This document shows, one piece after another, positions 41,363 through 51,179 of a stretch of DNA of 64,000 nt. This DNA is from Escherichia phage vB_EcoM_PhAPEC2. Positions within the stretch are counted from its first letter, which is position 1; each line of letters begins with the position of its first letter. The position numbers and the translations under genes are program-made. The DNA is taken from the sequence record NC_024794.1; one strand, written 5' to 3'. The notes under the pieces are model-generated. The model was not told the origin of the DNA. It made no database searches and saw only the letters and a list, made by a program, of their open reading frames with translations.

Positions 41363-41626
41363 TTATTTCCTCAGATTTTTCTTAACAACTTTCCAATCAG
41401 CTTTAAATGATTCAACATCAGAGTGGTGAATCCAGAATCCTGCACTTTCACCATCTTCGTAGAGTGGACATCCATCACATTCTTCGTTCCAACCCATTTC
41501 ACGTAAAGCTTCTTCGGCTTGTTCAAGGAGTTCAGCATCTTTACCAACGACGTTGAAGTACCATTTACCTCTAACTTCAGAATCTTTGATGCTCTGGCGT
41601 TGCAATCTCATTTTATTCTCCTTCAC
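41363..41626 (-). CDS. Hypothetical protein (87 aa), frd.1-like
   Basis: ORF between gene 32 and frd. Confidence 0.45.
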   Translation of the reverse strand: MKENKMRLQRQSIKDSEVRGKWYFNVVGKDAELLEQAEEALREMGWNEECDGCPLYEDGESAGFWIHHSDVESFKADWKVVKKNLRK

Positions 41627-41672
41627 TTTTATTTGATAGGGCTACTATAACATAGCCCTATCTTGTTATAAA

Positions 41673-42065
41673 CTACTTTTTAAAAGTTTTTTGCAAAAGT
41701 TCGATGATTTCGTCGACGTTGGTTTCATCTACGATACAATGGATTTTTGTTACACCTAAAGTTATACCTTCGTTAGAAGGTTGAGGCTTTACTAAATCTA
41801 CCTCAATAAAGTATTTGAACTCGTCAGGATAAATCTCAAAATAAGTTTCAATTTCACCACCGGCAGAACATACAGTACCATCTTCCATAGTTACACTTAC
41901 TACGTTTGACGTATCGCTATCATAATCAGGTTCCATTCCATTTACAACAAAACTAGGCCCGTGGAGTTCAATCAATTTTAACATCTTAGCGTTATTGTGC
42001 GGTGCTTCTTGAACAAAGTCATCTTTAAATAAAGGGTTAATGATATAAGATTTTCCGATTTCCAT
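41673..42065 (-). CDS. Hypothetical protein (130 aa), frd.2-like
   Basis: ORF with early promoter upstream (GTTTAC-N17-TACTAT on minus strand). Confidence 0.5.
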   Translation of the reverse strand: MEIGKSYIINPLFKDDFVQEAPHNNAKMLKLIELHGPSFVVNGMEPDYDSDTSNVVSVTMEDGTVCSAGGEIETYFEIYPDEFKYFIEVDLVKPQPSNEGITLGVTKIHCIVDETNVDEIIELLQKTFKK

Positions 42066-42093
42066 TTTGATTTCCTCATTTGTTGATAAGTCT

Positions 42094-42122
42094 ATAGTAT
42101 CATGTTTAAAGGAAAAGTAAAC
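42094..42122 (-). promoter_or_regulatory. Early sigma70-type promoter upstream of ORF 41673..42065
   Basis: Minus strand GTTTAC / 17 nt / TGaTACTAT. Confidence 0.5.
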
Positions 42123-42145
42123 AACTTTTTCGGCAATTTACAGAT

Positions 42146-42171
42146 ACTCAAAAGGGAGACCGAAGTCTCCC
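42146..42171 (-). terminator. Terminator downstream of gene 32
   Basis: GGGAGAC-CGAA-GTCTCCC (UUCG on minus) followed by UUUUGAG. Confidence 0.7.
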
Positions 42172-42177
42172 GATTTA

Positions 42178-43080
42178 TTATAGACCAGCTAACAGATCAT
42201 CGAGGTCACCATCATCAGAGGATGAGGTAGAGCTCATGAAGTCGTCTTCAGTTTTTGCAGAACTAAAGGCTTCCATGTCTTTATCAAAATCGTCAAGGTC
42301 AGAAGCAACTTTATCTGCAACAGAAGCTGCGGCAGCTGCTGCACCACCAAGAGCGGCAGTACCAAGAACCTTAGCGAAAGATTCATTTAATTTTTCAAAG
42401 GATTTGAACTGGTCTTTAGCCGTCAAAGTAGTAAGATCTACCATCTGGTCATATAGTTCTTTCTGGAATGCTTCGTCATTAATACGAGGAATTTCAGATT
42501 GACCCAAGAATTTAGATTCATCATAGTTGCTAAAACCGGAAACCTGCTTAGCTTTCAGAACGAAGTTAGCACCTTCAAACGGACAAGTAACATCAACTGG
42601 AGTTTCACCCATTTCGGTATCAACTGCAATCATTGCATTGATTTTGTCCCAAATCTTTTTACCGAAACGATATTTAAATACTTTACCTTCGTTATCTGGA
42701 GCTTGAGGGTCTTTAACAACCAGAATATTAGCCCAATAAGAAGTTTTACGTTTCAGTTGAGAATATTCAGCTTTGTTGGTATTGTACAGGTCATTTTTAC
42801 TAATGTACTGACATACAGGACAAGAGTCATAATCACCATGTGTAGAAGAGCAATTTTCAATATACCATTTACCATTTTTCTTGAAACCGTGGTTAACAAG
42901 AATTGCAAATGGTAGTGCATCATCAGTTTTTGCTGGCAAGAAACGAATTACCGCTTGACCATTACCTGATGCATCTAGCTTCAGCTTCCATTCGCCTTTA
43001 TCTTCTGAAGAGAAACCTTTGTTACCATTCAGTTTAGCCATTTGAGCAGCGAGGTCAGCAGTAGATTTACGTTTAAACAT
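42178..43080 (-). CDS. 32: Single-stranded DNA-binding protein gp32
   Basis: 300 aa (T4 gp32 301 aa); zinc-binding Cys/His region; acidic C-terminus; AU-rich autoregulatory leader upstream. Confidence 0.9.
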   Translation of the reverse strand: MFKRKSTADLAAQMAKLNGNKGFSSEDKGEWKLKLDASGNGQAVIRFLPAKTDDALPFAILVNHGFKKNGKWYIENCSSTHGDYDSCPVCQYISKNDLYNTNKAEYSQLKRKTSYWANILVVKDPQAPDNEGKVFKYRFGKKIWDKINAMIAVDTEMGETPVDVTCPFEGANFVLKAKQVSGFSNYDESKFLGQSEIPRINDEAFQKELYDQMVDLTTLTAKDQFKSFEKLNESFAKVLGTAALGGAAAAAASVADKVASDLDDFDKDMEAFSSAKTEDDFMSSTSSSDDGDLDDLLAGL

Positions 43081-43160
43081 GGATTATTACCTTTTATTTA
43101 GATTATTTAATTTATTTAATTTATTTACAGTTGGTTGCTACGACACTTATACCTCGTAGC
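43081..43160 (-). promoter_or_regulatory. Gene 32 mRNA leader: AU-rich autoregulatory translational operator with upstream hairpin
   Basis: Minus strand leader has tandem AAATAAATTA repeats before SD AAGG and ATG; upstream inverted repeat GCTACGA...TCGTAGC. Confidence 0.6.
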
Positions 43161-43170
43161 TGGTATAATT

Positions 43171-43178
43171 TATTTATA
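43171..43178 (-). promoter_or_regulatory. Late promoter (TATAAATA on minus strand) upstream of gene 32
   Basis: Plus strand TATTTATA about 91 nt upstream of gene 32 ATG. Confidence 0.5.
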
Positions 43179-43207
43179 AAGTAATTTTAACACACAAGAA
43201 ATAAAGC

Positions 43208-43861
43208 TTAATACTTACATGATTTGATTGTTTCTATGAACAATTTCTTAGCAGCATTTCCATCGATTTGAAGTATTTTTCGATATGCCTTTAATTTGGT
43301 AGAATAATTTTGCCAGACTAAGTTATCGGTGAGTTCGTCGTGCTTATCTATAATATTCAAAAATGAGTCCAACAATAAGAAAGTCTCAAATGAAATTATA
43401 TTGCTTTGTAGCAATTTAAATATGTAGCTCGACTGAACTTTATTATTATAATCAAATATCTCTTGAAGCGCACTAACTTCAACTTTCTTACTGAAATAGT
43501 AGATGTTACGTACATCTTCAGCAAACGTCTCCTTGGCTTGTTTGAGACGTCCAATATATTCCCTATAGAAAACTAATGCATCAGCGTCTGATATCTCACC
43601 AATCCATGCGTCTTGGTTAGCAACTAAGTTGCTTATGAATATCAAGGTGAGTTCCTTCAATTTATATTTCTCTGATAGTTTTTCAAAGAAATATTTATCT
43701 CGGCGTTTTTGATACGCATTATCCGAAACACGCATGCACCAGTTATATTTGATTACGTCATACCGACCATTAAAATGTTGTTTGCACATCAAGTATAGTT
43801 TGTATACCGATTTTCCGTTAATATAACGTTCTCCATCAGGAGGCATGCGTATTTTAATCAT
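43208..43861 (-). CDS. 59: Helicase loader gp59
   Basis: 217 aa, same as T4 gp59; sequence near-identical as recalled. Confidence 0.9.
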   Translation of the reverse strand: MIKIRMPPDGERYINGKSVYKLYLMCKQHFNGRYDVIKYNWCMRVSDNAYQKRRDKYFFEKLSEKYKLKELTLIFISNLVANQDAWIGEISDADALVFYREYIGRLKQAKETFAEDVRNIYYFSKKVEVSALQEIFDYNNKVQSSYIFKLLQSNIISFETFLLLDSFLNIIDKHDELTDNLVWQNYSTKLKAYRKILQIDGNAAKKLFIETIKSCKY

Positions 43862-44196
43862 AATAAGAAATCTAACGTATTAGTTTTTTCACCACGAGCA
43901 ACTGATGGGCGAAGCATGTTTTCGTCAATTGCTTCGCTTGTAATTTTTTCAACAATTCCTGTAGGAATAAATTTAGCAAATTGTGTTTCTGGAATAGAAT
44001 TTTCTTCCAAGAAAGCAGTTGTTGCTTCTAAATAAGACATACCAAATTGTTCAACCATGGATTCGATAATGAATCCGTTTTCTTGTCGGTCAAGCAATTT
44101 AGCGATATCATCTTTATCGTGTTTTACTGCTAATTCTTGTTCAGATAAACCGGCCTCATCAACCGGTTTAATATCACTTAGTGAAAACTGTGTCAT
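43858..44196 (-). CDS. 33: Late transcription accessory protein gp33
   Basis: 112 aa, same as T4 gp33; synteny 59-33-dsbA. Confidence 0.8.
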   Translation of the reverse strand: MTQFSLSDIKPVDEAGLSEQELAVKHDKDDIAKLLDRQENGFIIESMVEQFGMSYLEATTAFLEENSIPETQFAKFIPTGIVEKITSEAIDENMLRPSVARGEKTNTLDFLL

Positions 44197-44461
44197 AAAG
44201 CTCGACTACCTCTTCGTTTTCAGCTTCAAATTGATCACGAGCGTCTTTATGATAAAGAGCTAACAAACGATTAAACATTTTTCCATCGACACCAAGCTCT
44301 TCTTTAGCACGAGTACGAATGTCTTTAATCAGTTCATTATAACCAGAAATTTTAAGTTTGTTATCGGAAGCTTCCTTGACTAGTTTAGCCAGTTCTTCAC
44401 CATGCACATCTTGATTAAATTCAACTGCTTCTTTCTTAGCCATGTTTACCTCAGAATTCAT
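44174..44461 (-). CDS. dsbA: dsDNA-binding protein DsbA
   Basis: 95 aa ORF between rnh and 33. Confidence 0.7.
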   Translation of the reverse strand: MNSEVNMAKKEAVEFNQDVHGEELAKLVKEASDNKLKISGYNELIKDIRTRAKEELGVDGKMFNRLLALYHKDARDQFEAENEEVVELYDTVFTK

Positions 44462-45368
44462 TAATTACACTTGTTAATTTAGAAAGACCAGATTTTACAA
44501 AATATGAATAAATCTTGCCTTTAGGTTGTTGTTTATACGAGTTATAATACTCTATAATGGTTGAAGCAATATTATCAGGGATATAATCAAAATCAATGAG
44601 AACCAAATTTTCTTGGTACCGTTTATATTCTTCTGCACTTAATAATACTTCAGCTTGAGAACGATCATTGGCAATTGCTTCAATGATCGTTGTTTTCATG
44701 CTTGGAGTTCGTTCGCCTTCAACTCGAGTAAACCAGAAATCACCACGAACTCGAACAGACGCAACACCATCTTTACGGTCGCCTTTAAGAATTTTAGTCA
44801 TGCAATCAATTTCGGCAGAACCATTCTTAATTTTAACCCATTTTTTCTGTGGTGGTGACCACTGTTTAACGTTAGGATATTTGTGTAATTGTGTAAAGTC
44901 ACCATCTGATGCAACAATACATACCTTATGTCCAGCTAATGACAAATATTTAGTTAATACACCGATATGGTCATCCGCTTCATATTTGTCAATATCCATT
45001 ACAACGTATGGCATGTATTTCTTAATCTCATCAACAACTTGACGGAGCGCAGTAAAATATCCTTCCCAATCCCACTTTGAAGCTTCACGATCGGTTTTGC
45101 GATTTTTCTTGTAATAGTAAGCAAAGTCACGACGCCAATAACCTGAAGTAGCATTATCCATACACAATACAAATTTTGTATAGCCTTGCTTACGGAACAT
45201 CACTACGTTTTTACGAATTGAATTCAAGATTACATGGCGAACCATCGGAACAGTAATTTTATCGCCGTCTTCAAAGTTGTTTAATGCGGCGGCCAATGCA
45301 ATGTTACTAAAGTCGGCAAGTGCAATACCTTCTTTGTAATCTTCATCCAACATCATTTCTAAATCCAT
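44451..45368 (-). CDS. rnh: RNase H (5-prime to 3-prime exonuclease, FEN family)
   Basis: 305 aa, same as T4 RNase H; acidic active-site clusters. Confidence 0.9.
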   Translation of the reverse strand: MDLEMMLDEDYKEGIALADFSNIALAAALNNFEDGDKITVPMVRHVILNSIRKNVVMFRKQGYTKFVLCMDNATSGYWRRDFAYYYKKNRKTDREASKWDWEGYFTALRQVVDEIKKYMPYVVMDIDKYEADDHIGVLTKYLSLAGHKVCIVASDGDFTQLHKYPNVKQWSPPQKKWVKIKNGSAEIDCMTKILKGDRKDGVASVRVRGDFWFTRVEGERTPSMKTTIIEAIANDRSQAEVLLSAEEYKRYQENLVLIDFDYIPDNIASTIIEYYNSYKQQPKGKIYSYFVKSGLSKLTSVINEF

Positions 45369-45446
45369 ATGAACCTCTTGTTCAGTTAGTCAACTTGGAC
45401 TATAGTAACATACTAGTTCGAAAGCGTAAATAGTCTTTTACTCATT

Positions 45447-45454
45447 TATAAATA
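45447..45454 (+). promoter_or_regulatory. Late promoter TATAAATA upstream of gene 34
   Basis: Exact TATAAATA 35 nt upstream of gene 34 ATG. Confidence 0.7.
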
Positions 45455-45488
45455 GTAAAATAGAACACATAATGATAAGAGGACTACC

Positions 45489-48400
45489 ATGGTTGACATC
45501 AAACGTAAGTTCAGGGCCGAAGATGGTCTTGACGCAGGCGGTGATAAGATAGTTAACGTTGCGCTTGCTGACCGCACAGTTGGCACCGATGGCGTGAACG
45601 TTGACTTTTTGGTGCAAGAAAACACCGTACAGAATTATGACGATACGCGCGCGTATACAAAAGATTTTATTGTTCTTTATGATAATCGTTTTTATCAAGC
45701 TTTAAGTGATATTCCAGCTCCGGCAGGCCCTTTCTCTTTGGCTAAATGGAAGGCAACTCGTACAGATGCAGAATGGATTACAGTTCAAGGCGGAGATTTC
45801 CAATTATCAGTAGGTAACTCTATTGCGGTTGATACTTCAGCTGGCACTGATATTAATTTCACTTTGCCTCAAAATCCTTTAGATGGCGATACAGTTATTT
45901 TGTCTGATATTGGCGGTAGAGTAGGCTATGTAAAAGTTCAAATTACTGCAGCGGCTCAAAGTATTGTAGACTTTAGAGGACAACAGGTTCGTTCAGTTTT
46001 AATGACGCACCCAAAATCTAAAATGGTCTTCATTTTTAGCAACCGCCTATGGCAAATGTATGTTTCCGATTACGAACGTAATGCAGTCACAGTAACTCCT
46101 GCCACGCCATATCAAGCGCAACCTAATGATTTTATCATTCGACGTTTTACATCAGCCGCTCCTATTAATATTACATTGCCTCGTAATGCTAATAATGGCG
46201 ATATTATTAATTTAGTGGATTTAGACAAATTAAACCCATTATATCACACAATTGTCAAAACTTACGATGAAACAACTTCTATACGAGAAGCTGGTGTTCA
46301 TGTAGCAGAAGGACGTAATACTGCGGAAGCATTCTTTGTTTATGATTCTGCCAATAGTTTATGGCGTGTTTGGGAAGGTGACCAGAAATCTCGTTTACGT
46401 ATAGTTCGTAATGATACTGATTTACGCCCTAATGAAGAAGTTCTTGTTTTTGGAACTAATAATGATACAATCTCGACGGTAAATCTTACTTTGCCTACAG
46501 ATATTTTGTCTGGCGATACTGTTAAAATATCGTTGAATTATATGCGTAAAGGGCAAACTGTAAAAATTAAAGCTGCTGAAGGCGATACAATTGCTAGCAG
46601 TATTTCTTTATTACAGTTCCCAAAACGTTCGGAGTATCCACCTGATGCACAATGGGTTTCTGTTAGTGAGCTGGAATTTAATGGTGATACTTCGTATGTA
46701 CCTGTACTTGAGTTAGCTTATATAGAAGATTATTCATCTGAAACAAAATATTGGGTAGTTCAACAAAACACCGTAACCGTTGAACGAGTCGATGCATCGA
46801 GCAATACAACTCGAGCTCGTTTAGGTGTTATTGCTCTTGCTTCTCAAGCGCAAGCAAATGTTGATTTAGAAAATGCTCCTGGTAAAGAACTGGCTATTAC
46901 TCCGGAAACATTAGCAAATCGTACAGCAACTGAAACTCGTCGTGGTATTGCTCGTATTGCAACAACTGCACAAGTTAACCAGAATACCGATTTTGCATTC
47001 CAAGACGACTTGATTATTTCTCCTAAGAAATTGAACGAACGTACAGCAACTGAAACCCGTAGAGGTGTTGCTGAAGTTGCAACTCAGGCTGAAACTAATG
47101 CTGGAACAGATGACACCACTATTATTACTCCTAAGAAATTGGATGCCCGTCAAGGTTCTGAAGTTTTATCTGGTATTGTAAAATACACATCTACGACTGG
47201 TACTACAGCTGCTACTATTCGTGGTAATGCTGGGACTAATGTTTATAACAAAGCCGTAGATAATTTAACTATTTCTCCAAAGGCCCTTGACCAATATAAA
47301 GCTACCCCTACTCAGCAGGGTGCAGTAATTCTTGCTATTGAAAGTGAAGTTATCGCCGGCGAATCACAAGCCGGTTGGGCTAATGCTGTAGTGACCCCTG
47401 AAACTCTGCATAAGAAAACTTCTACTGATGGACGTATTGGTTTAATTGAAATTGCTACGCAAGCAGAAACTAATGATGGGACCGATTATACACGTGCAGT
47501 AACGCCTAAGACATTAAATGATAGGAGAGCGACGGAAGGATTATCCGGCATAGCCGAAATTGCTACGCAAGTTGAATTTGATACTGGAACTGATGATACT
47601 CGTATCTCGACTCCACTGAAAATTAAAACTCATTTTGATTCTTCTGACCGTACCAGTGTTAATTCTGATTCCGGACTTATTGAAGAAGGAACCTTGTGGA
47701 ACCATTATACTCTTGATATTTCTAAAGCAAATGAAACACAACGTGGTACACTTCGCGTAGCGACCCAGGCAGAATCTAATGCAGGAACTTTAGATGATGT
47801 TCTTATTACTCCTAAAAAGCTTTTAGGGACTAAGTCCACTGAAACGTCTGAAGGCGTAATTAAGGTTGCTACTCAGGCTGAAACTGTAACAGGAACTTCT
47901 GCTAATACTGCTGTATCACCTAAGAATTTAAAATGGATTGTTCAATCAGAACCATCATGGACTGCTACTACGGCAATTCGTGGATTCGTTAAAACTTCAT
48001 CTGGTTCTATTACATTTGTTGGTAATGATACAGTTGGTTCAACACAATCTTTAGAATCATATGAGAAAAATAGCTATGCGGTATCACCATATGAATTAAA
48101 CCGTGTACTTGCTAACTACTTACCGTTGAAAGCTAAAGCAGCTGATAGTAATTTGTTAGATGGTCTAGATTCTCTTCAGTTCATCCGTAGAGACATCGAC
48201 CAGACGGTTAATGGTTCTTTAAGTCTTACTAAACAGACCAACCTGAGTGCTCCTTTAGTATCTACAAGCACTGCTTCTTTTGGTTCCGAAGCATCTGTTA
48301 CTCGTAGATTAACTCTTAATGACTCTAGCGGTTCCGAAATAGTTTTCACTAAAGGAACCCAATCTCTTAGTAATAAAGAGAATTTCGTTGTTAGAGCATG

Positions 48401-49322
48401 GGGTAATAGCGCTACAGATGGTGCCCGTGATACAGTATTTGAAGCGGGTGATGAAACCGGATACCATTTCTATTCTCAGCGCGCTGCTGATAATAGAGTA
48501 TCATTTAATATTAATGGAACACTTTATTCAACAGGTATTGTTTCTACAAATGGATTAAATGTTACAGGTGTTTCTACCTTTACAGGGCCTATTAGTGCTA
48601 CAGGCGAAATTGTTTCTAGTTCTCCTATTGCATTCAGAGCTATTAACGGTAACTACGGTGTTATGCTTTATAACGCTGGTAACAGTTCTTATATTGCATT
48701 AACTAACTCAGGTGACCAGACCGGGACGTTTAATAACTTACGCCCGATCACGATTAACAACGCAACAGGCTTAGTTCGTCTTGACAATGGTGTTCAAATC
48801 ACAAGTGGTGCAACAATAACTACCGGTGGGTTAACTGTAAATAACAGAATTATTTCTAACGGCGTTAAAACTGCCACTGTTTATACCGATAAACCAACAG
48901 CTTCTACTGTAGGTTTTTGGTCTATTGACATTAACGATTCTGCTGTATATAGCCAATTCCCTGGATACTGGACGCGTGATAACAAAGGTAACCGTGACCA
49001 AGAAATTAAATATCCTGGTACTTTGACTCAATTCGGTAATAGCTTAGATTCACTTTATCAGGATTGGATTTGTTATCCTACAGGTGCAAATGGTGGTAGC
49101 ATTCGATATACTCGTACCTGGCAGAAAAATAAAGATGCTTGGACTTCATTTGCAATGGTATTTGATAGTGGCAACCCACCTTCACCTAGCGATGTCGGTG
49201 CTATCCCATCTGATAATGCTGTTATTGGAAACCTTACTATTCGAGACTTCTTACAATTAGGAAATGTGAGAATTGTTCCAGACCCGGTTAACAAAACAGT
49301 TAAATTTATATGGGTTGAATAA
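45489..49322 (+). CDS. 34: Long tail fibre proximal subunit gp34
   Basis: 1277 aa; internal ~40-aa repeats (TPKKL...ATE...GIA.IATQAE.N); late promoter at 45447. Confidence 0.9.
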   Translation: MVDIKRKFRAEDGLDAGGDKIVNVALADRTVGTDGVNVDFLVQENTVQNYDDTRAYTKDFIVLYDNRFYQALSDIPAPAGPFSLAKWKATRTDAEWITVQGGDFQLSVGNSIAVDTSAGTDINFTLPQNPLDGDTVILSDIGGRVGYVKVQITAAAQSIVDFRGQQVRSVLMTHPKSKMVFIFSNRLWQMYVSDYERNAVTVTPATPYQAQPNDFIIRRFTSAAPINITLPRNANNGDIINLVDLDKLNPLYHTIVKTYDETTSIREAGVHVAEGRNTAEAFFVYDSANSLWRVWEGDQKSRLRIVRNDTDLRPNEEVLVFGTNNDTISTVNLTLPTDILSGDTVKISLNYMRKGQTVKIKAAEGDTIASSISLLQFPKRSEYPPDAQWVSVSELEFNGDTSYVPVLELAYIEDYSSETKYWVVQQNTVTVERVDASSNTTRARLGVIALASQAQANVDLENAPGKELAITPETLANRTATETRRGIARIATTAQVNQNTDFAFQDDLIISPKKLNERTATETRRGVAEVATQAETNAGTDDTTIITPKKLDARQGSEVLSGIVKYTSTTGTTAATIRGNAGTNVYNKAVDNLTISPKALDQYKATPTQQGAVILAIESEVIAGESQAGWANAVVTPETLHKKTSTDGRIGLIEIATQAETNDGTDYTRAVTPKTLNDRRATEGLSGIAEIATQVEFDTGTDDTRISTPLKIKTHFDSSDRTSVNSDSGLIEEGTLWNHYTLDISKANETQRGTLRVATQAESNAGTLDDVLITPKKLLGTKSTETSEGVIKVATQAETVTGTSANTAVSPKNLKWIVQSEPSWTATTAIRGFVKTSSGSITFVGNDTVGSTQSLESYEKNSYAVSPYELNRVLANYLPLKAKAADSNLLDGLDSLQFIRRDIDQTVNGSLSLTKQTNLSAPLVSTSTASFGSEASVTRRLTLNDSSGSEIVFTKGTQSLSNKENFVVRAWGNSATDGARDTVFEAGDETGYHFYSQRAADNRVSFNINGTLYSTGIVSTNGLNVTGVSTFTGPISATGEIVSSSPIAFRAINGNYGVMLYNAGNSSYIALTNSGDQTGTFNNLRPITINNATGLVRLDNGVQITSGATITTGGLTVNNRIISNGVKTATVYTDKPTASTVGFWSIDINDSAVYSQFPGYWTRDNKGNRDQEIKYPGTLTQFGNSLDSLYQDWICYPTGANGGSIRYTRTWQKNKDAWTSFAMVFDSGNPPSPSDVGAIPSDNAVIGNLTIRDFLQLGNVRIVPDPVNKTVKFIWVE

Positions 49323-49330
49323 GAGGTTAT

Positions 49331-50455
49331 ATGGAAAAATTTATGGCAAGGTTTGGACAGGGATACGTCCAAACGCCGTTTTTATCGGAAAGCAATTCAG
49401 TTAGATTTAAGCTAAGTATAGCGGGTTCATGCCCGCTTTCAACAACTAATCCGTATATTTTGTTCCAAAACGAGCCTTTAGGGTTGCAGTCTTTTGGTAT
49501 TGGACTAAATGTTAGGGTGATAAATCCGGAAAATGGAACTATAGTTGATAGTAAATTATACAATTTTGCGCCTACAAATAATGCAACTTCAGCTGCATTT
49601 ATTTCGTTTGTTAATACATACGCAGATAATTTCATTTTCGCATTTATTTCTAATAACAAATTTAATTTGCCACCGGAAATAATTGAATGGTTTAAAGCTG
49701 CTGGGAGTTCAGTTATACCGTCAATTGAAGTTGCTAGTCTTGTTGATATTTCATATTCAGCGTTTTATGTTTCAGGTAAAAATACTATTGCATTAGAACA
49801 CATAAAATACAGTAATAAGAAAACAATTTCTGATTACGCAACTCCATTAGATATTGTATATGACTCTATTGCTGATATAGGTGCTACCGGCTATCCTAGA
49901 CGTACATATGAAGCTCTAGAAACGTTTTTATCTCCTGTTGGAGGAACTAACAATGAAATAAAAAGGATGCCTACGTCATCCCTTGTTACTCCTATCGCAA
50001 ACTATGGATTAAAGCCTACAGATTTTCTTTATTTGAAATTTCAATTAATGGCTGATGAAGAATTATTAGAGGAAGGAACCACAAGACTTTCAATTCGTTT
50101 CTTTAAGTCTCCATCTAGCTCTCCTATATCATCTAAAGATATAAACTTTGATGGAACTGCCGGGGAGTGGAAGCTATATGAAGAATACGTTGAAATACCA
50201 GCTGAAGCTGATGGCTTTACAGTATATTGTTACCGTACGGCCTCAGTCGGTCAAGGTGGACTAAGAAATGTTATTTTCACTGAAGTATCATGTAACGGAA
50301 GTATAGCAAAACCCGCTGAGTTTGGTATAAATGGTATTCGTGTTAATTATATTGATGAATCGTTAACCGGTAATGATATAATGGACTTGCCTACTCAGTT
50401 ATCTAACGACACAGGTAAGGTATTTGGGCAGGAATTTAAAGAGTACACAGAATAA
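49331..50455 (+). CDS. 35: Long tail fibre hinge protein gp35
   Basis: 374 aa; synteny 34-35-36-37; tetraloop terminator downstream. Confidence 0.85.
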   Translation: MEKFMARFGQGYVQTPFLSESNSVRFKLSIAGSCPLSTTNPYILFQNEPLGLQSFGIGLNVRVINPENGTIVDSKLYNFAPTNNATSAAFISFVNTYADNFIFAFISNNKFNLPPEIIEWFKAAGSSVIPSIEVASLVDISYSAFYVSGKNTIALEHIKYSNKKTISDYATPLDIVYDSIADIGATGYPRRTYEALETFLSPVGGTNNEIKRMPTSSLVTPIANYGLKPTDFLYLKFQLMADEELLEEGTTRLSIRFFKSPSSSPISSKDINFDGTAGEWKLYEEYVEIPAEADGFTVYCYRTASVGQGGLRNVIFTEVSCNGSIAKPAEFGINGIRVNYIDESLTGNDIMDLPTQLSNDTGKVFGQEFKEYTE

Positions 50456-50456
50456 A

Positions 50457-50478
50457 GGAGACTTCGGTCTCCTTTTCG
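50457..50478 (+). terminator. Terminator after gene 35
   Basis: GGAGAC-TTCG-GTCTCC followed by TTTTCG. Confidence 0.7.
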
Positions 50479-50480
50479 CG

Positions 50481-50488
50481 TATAAATA
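50481..50488 (+). promoter_or_regulatory. Late promoter TATAAATA upstream of gene 36
   Basis: Exact TATAAATA 27 nt upstream of gene 36 ATG, after the gene 35 terminator. Confidence 0.7.
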
Positions 50489-50514
50489 CTTTAATATTAA
50501 TAAGGAGACACGAA

Positions 50515-51171
50515 ATGGCCGATTTAAAAGCCGGAAGTACAGTTGGTGGTTCCGTCATATGGCATCAAGGCAATTTTCCTTTAATGCCAGCTGGCGATGA
50601 CATCCTATATAAAACATTTAAATTATACACCGAATATAACAAGCCAAAAGCGGCTGATAACGATTTCGTATCTAAAGCAAATGGTGGGGCATATCTCAAA
50701 AAGGTAATCTTTAACGAAGGTATTGCAGTCAAAACAGCAGATGACCAAACGAATGGTATTTTTTCTGGTGGTGGTGACGCCGCGACATTCGACCAAACAA
50801 ACATGGATATTGTTTCGTGGTATGGTGTTGGGTTTAAATCATCTCAAGGTACAGGTGAAAGAACTGTTGTAATTGATACTCGCACCGGTAATATAAGTTC
50901 TAAAGGTGTTATTGAAGCATCTCAATTCAGAGCCACAACGTTAGCACCTTTAAATAATTACGACCTTACTCGCAAAGATTATGTTGATAGTCAAATAAAT
51001 ACAGTTAATGCTAATGCAAACAGTCGTGTACTCCTTTCAGGAGATACGATGACCGGGGCGCTAACCGCCCCAAACTTTTTCTCACAGAATCCTGCATCTC
51101 AACCCTCGCATGTTCCACGATTTGACCAAATTGTTATTAAGGATTCTGTTCAAGATTTCGGCTATTATTAA
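50515..51171 (+). CDS. 36: Long tail fibre distal subunit connector gp36
   Basis: 218 aa; late promoter at 50481. Confidence 0.85.
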   Translation: MADLKAGSTVGGSVIWHQGNFPLMPAGDDILYKTFKLYTEYNKPKAADNDFVSKANGGAYLKKVIFNEGIAVKTADDQTNGIFSGGGDAATFDQTNMDIVSWYGVGFKSSQGTGERTVVIDTRTGNISSKGVIEASQFRATTLAPLNNYDLTRKDYVDSQINTVNANANSRVLLSGDTMTGALTAPNFFSQNPASQPSHVPRFDQIVIKDSVQDFGYY

Positions 51172-51179
51172 GAGGACTT

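Noticed and set aside
42236-42915. Plus-strand ORFs inside gene 32 (42236..42502, 42499..42915)
   Set aside because: Antisense to gp32; low-complexity translation.
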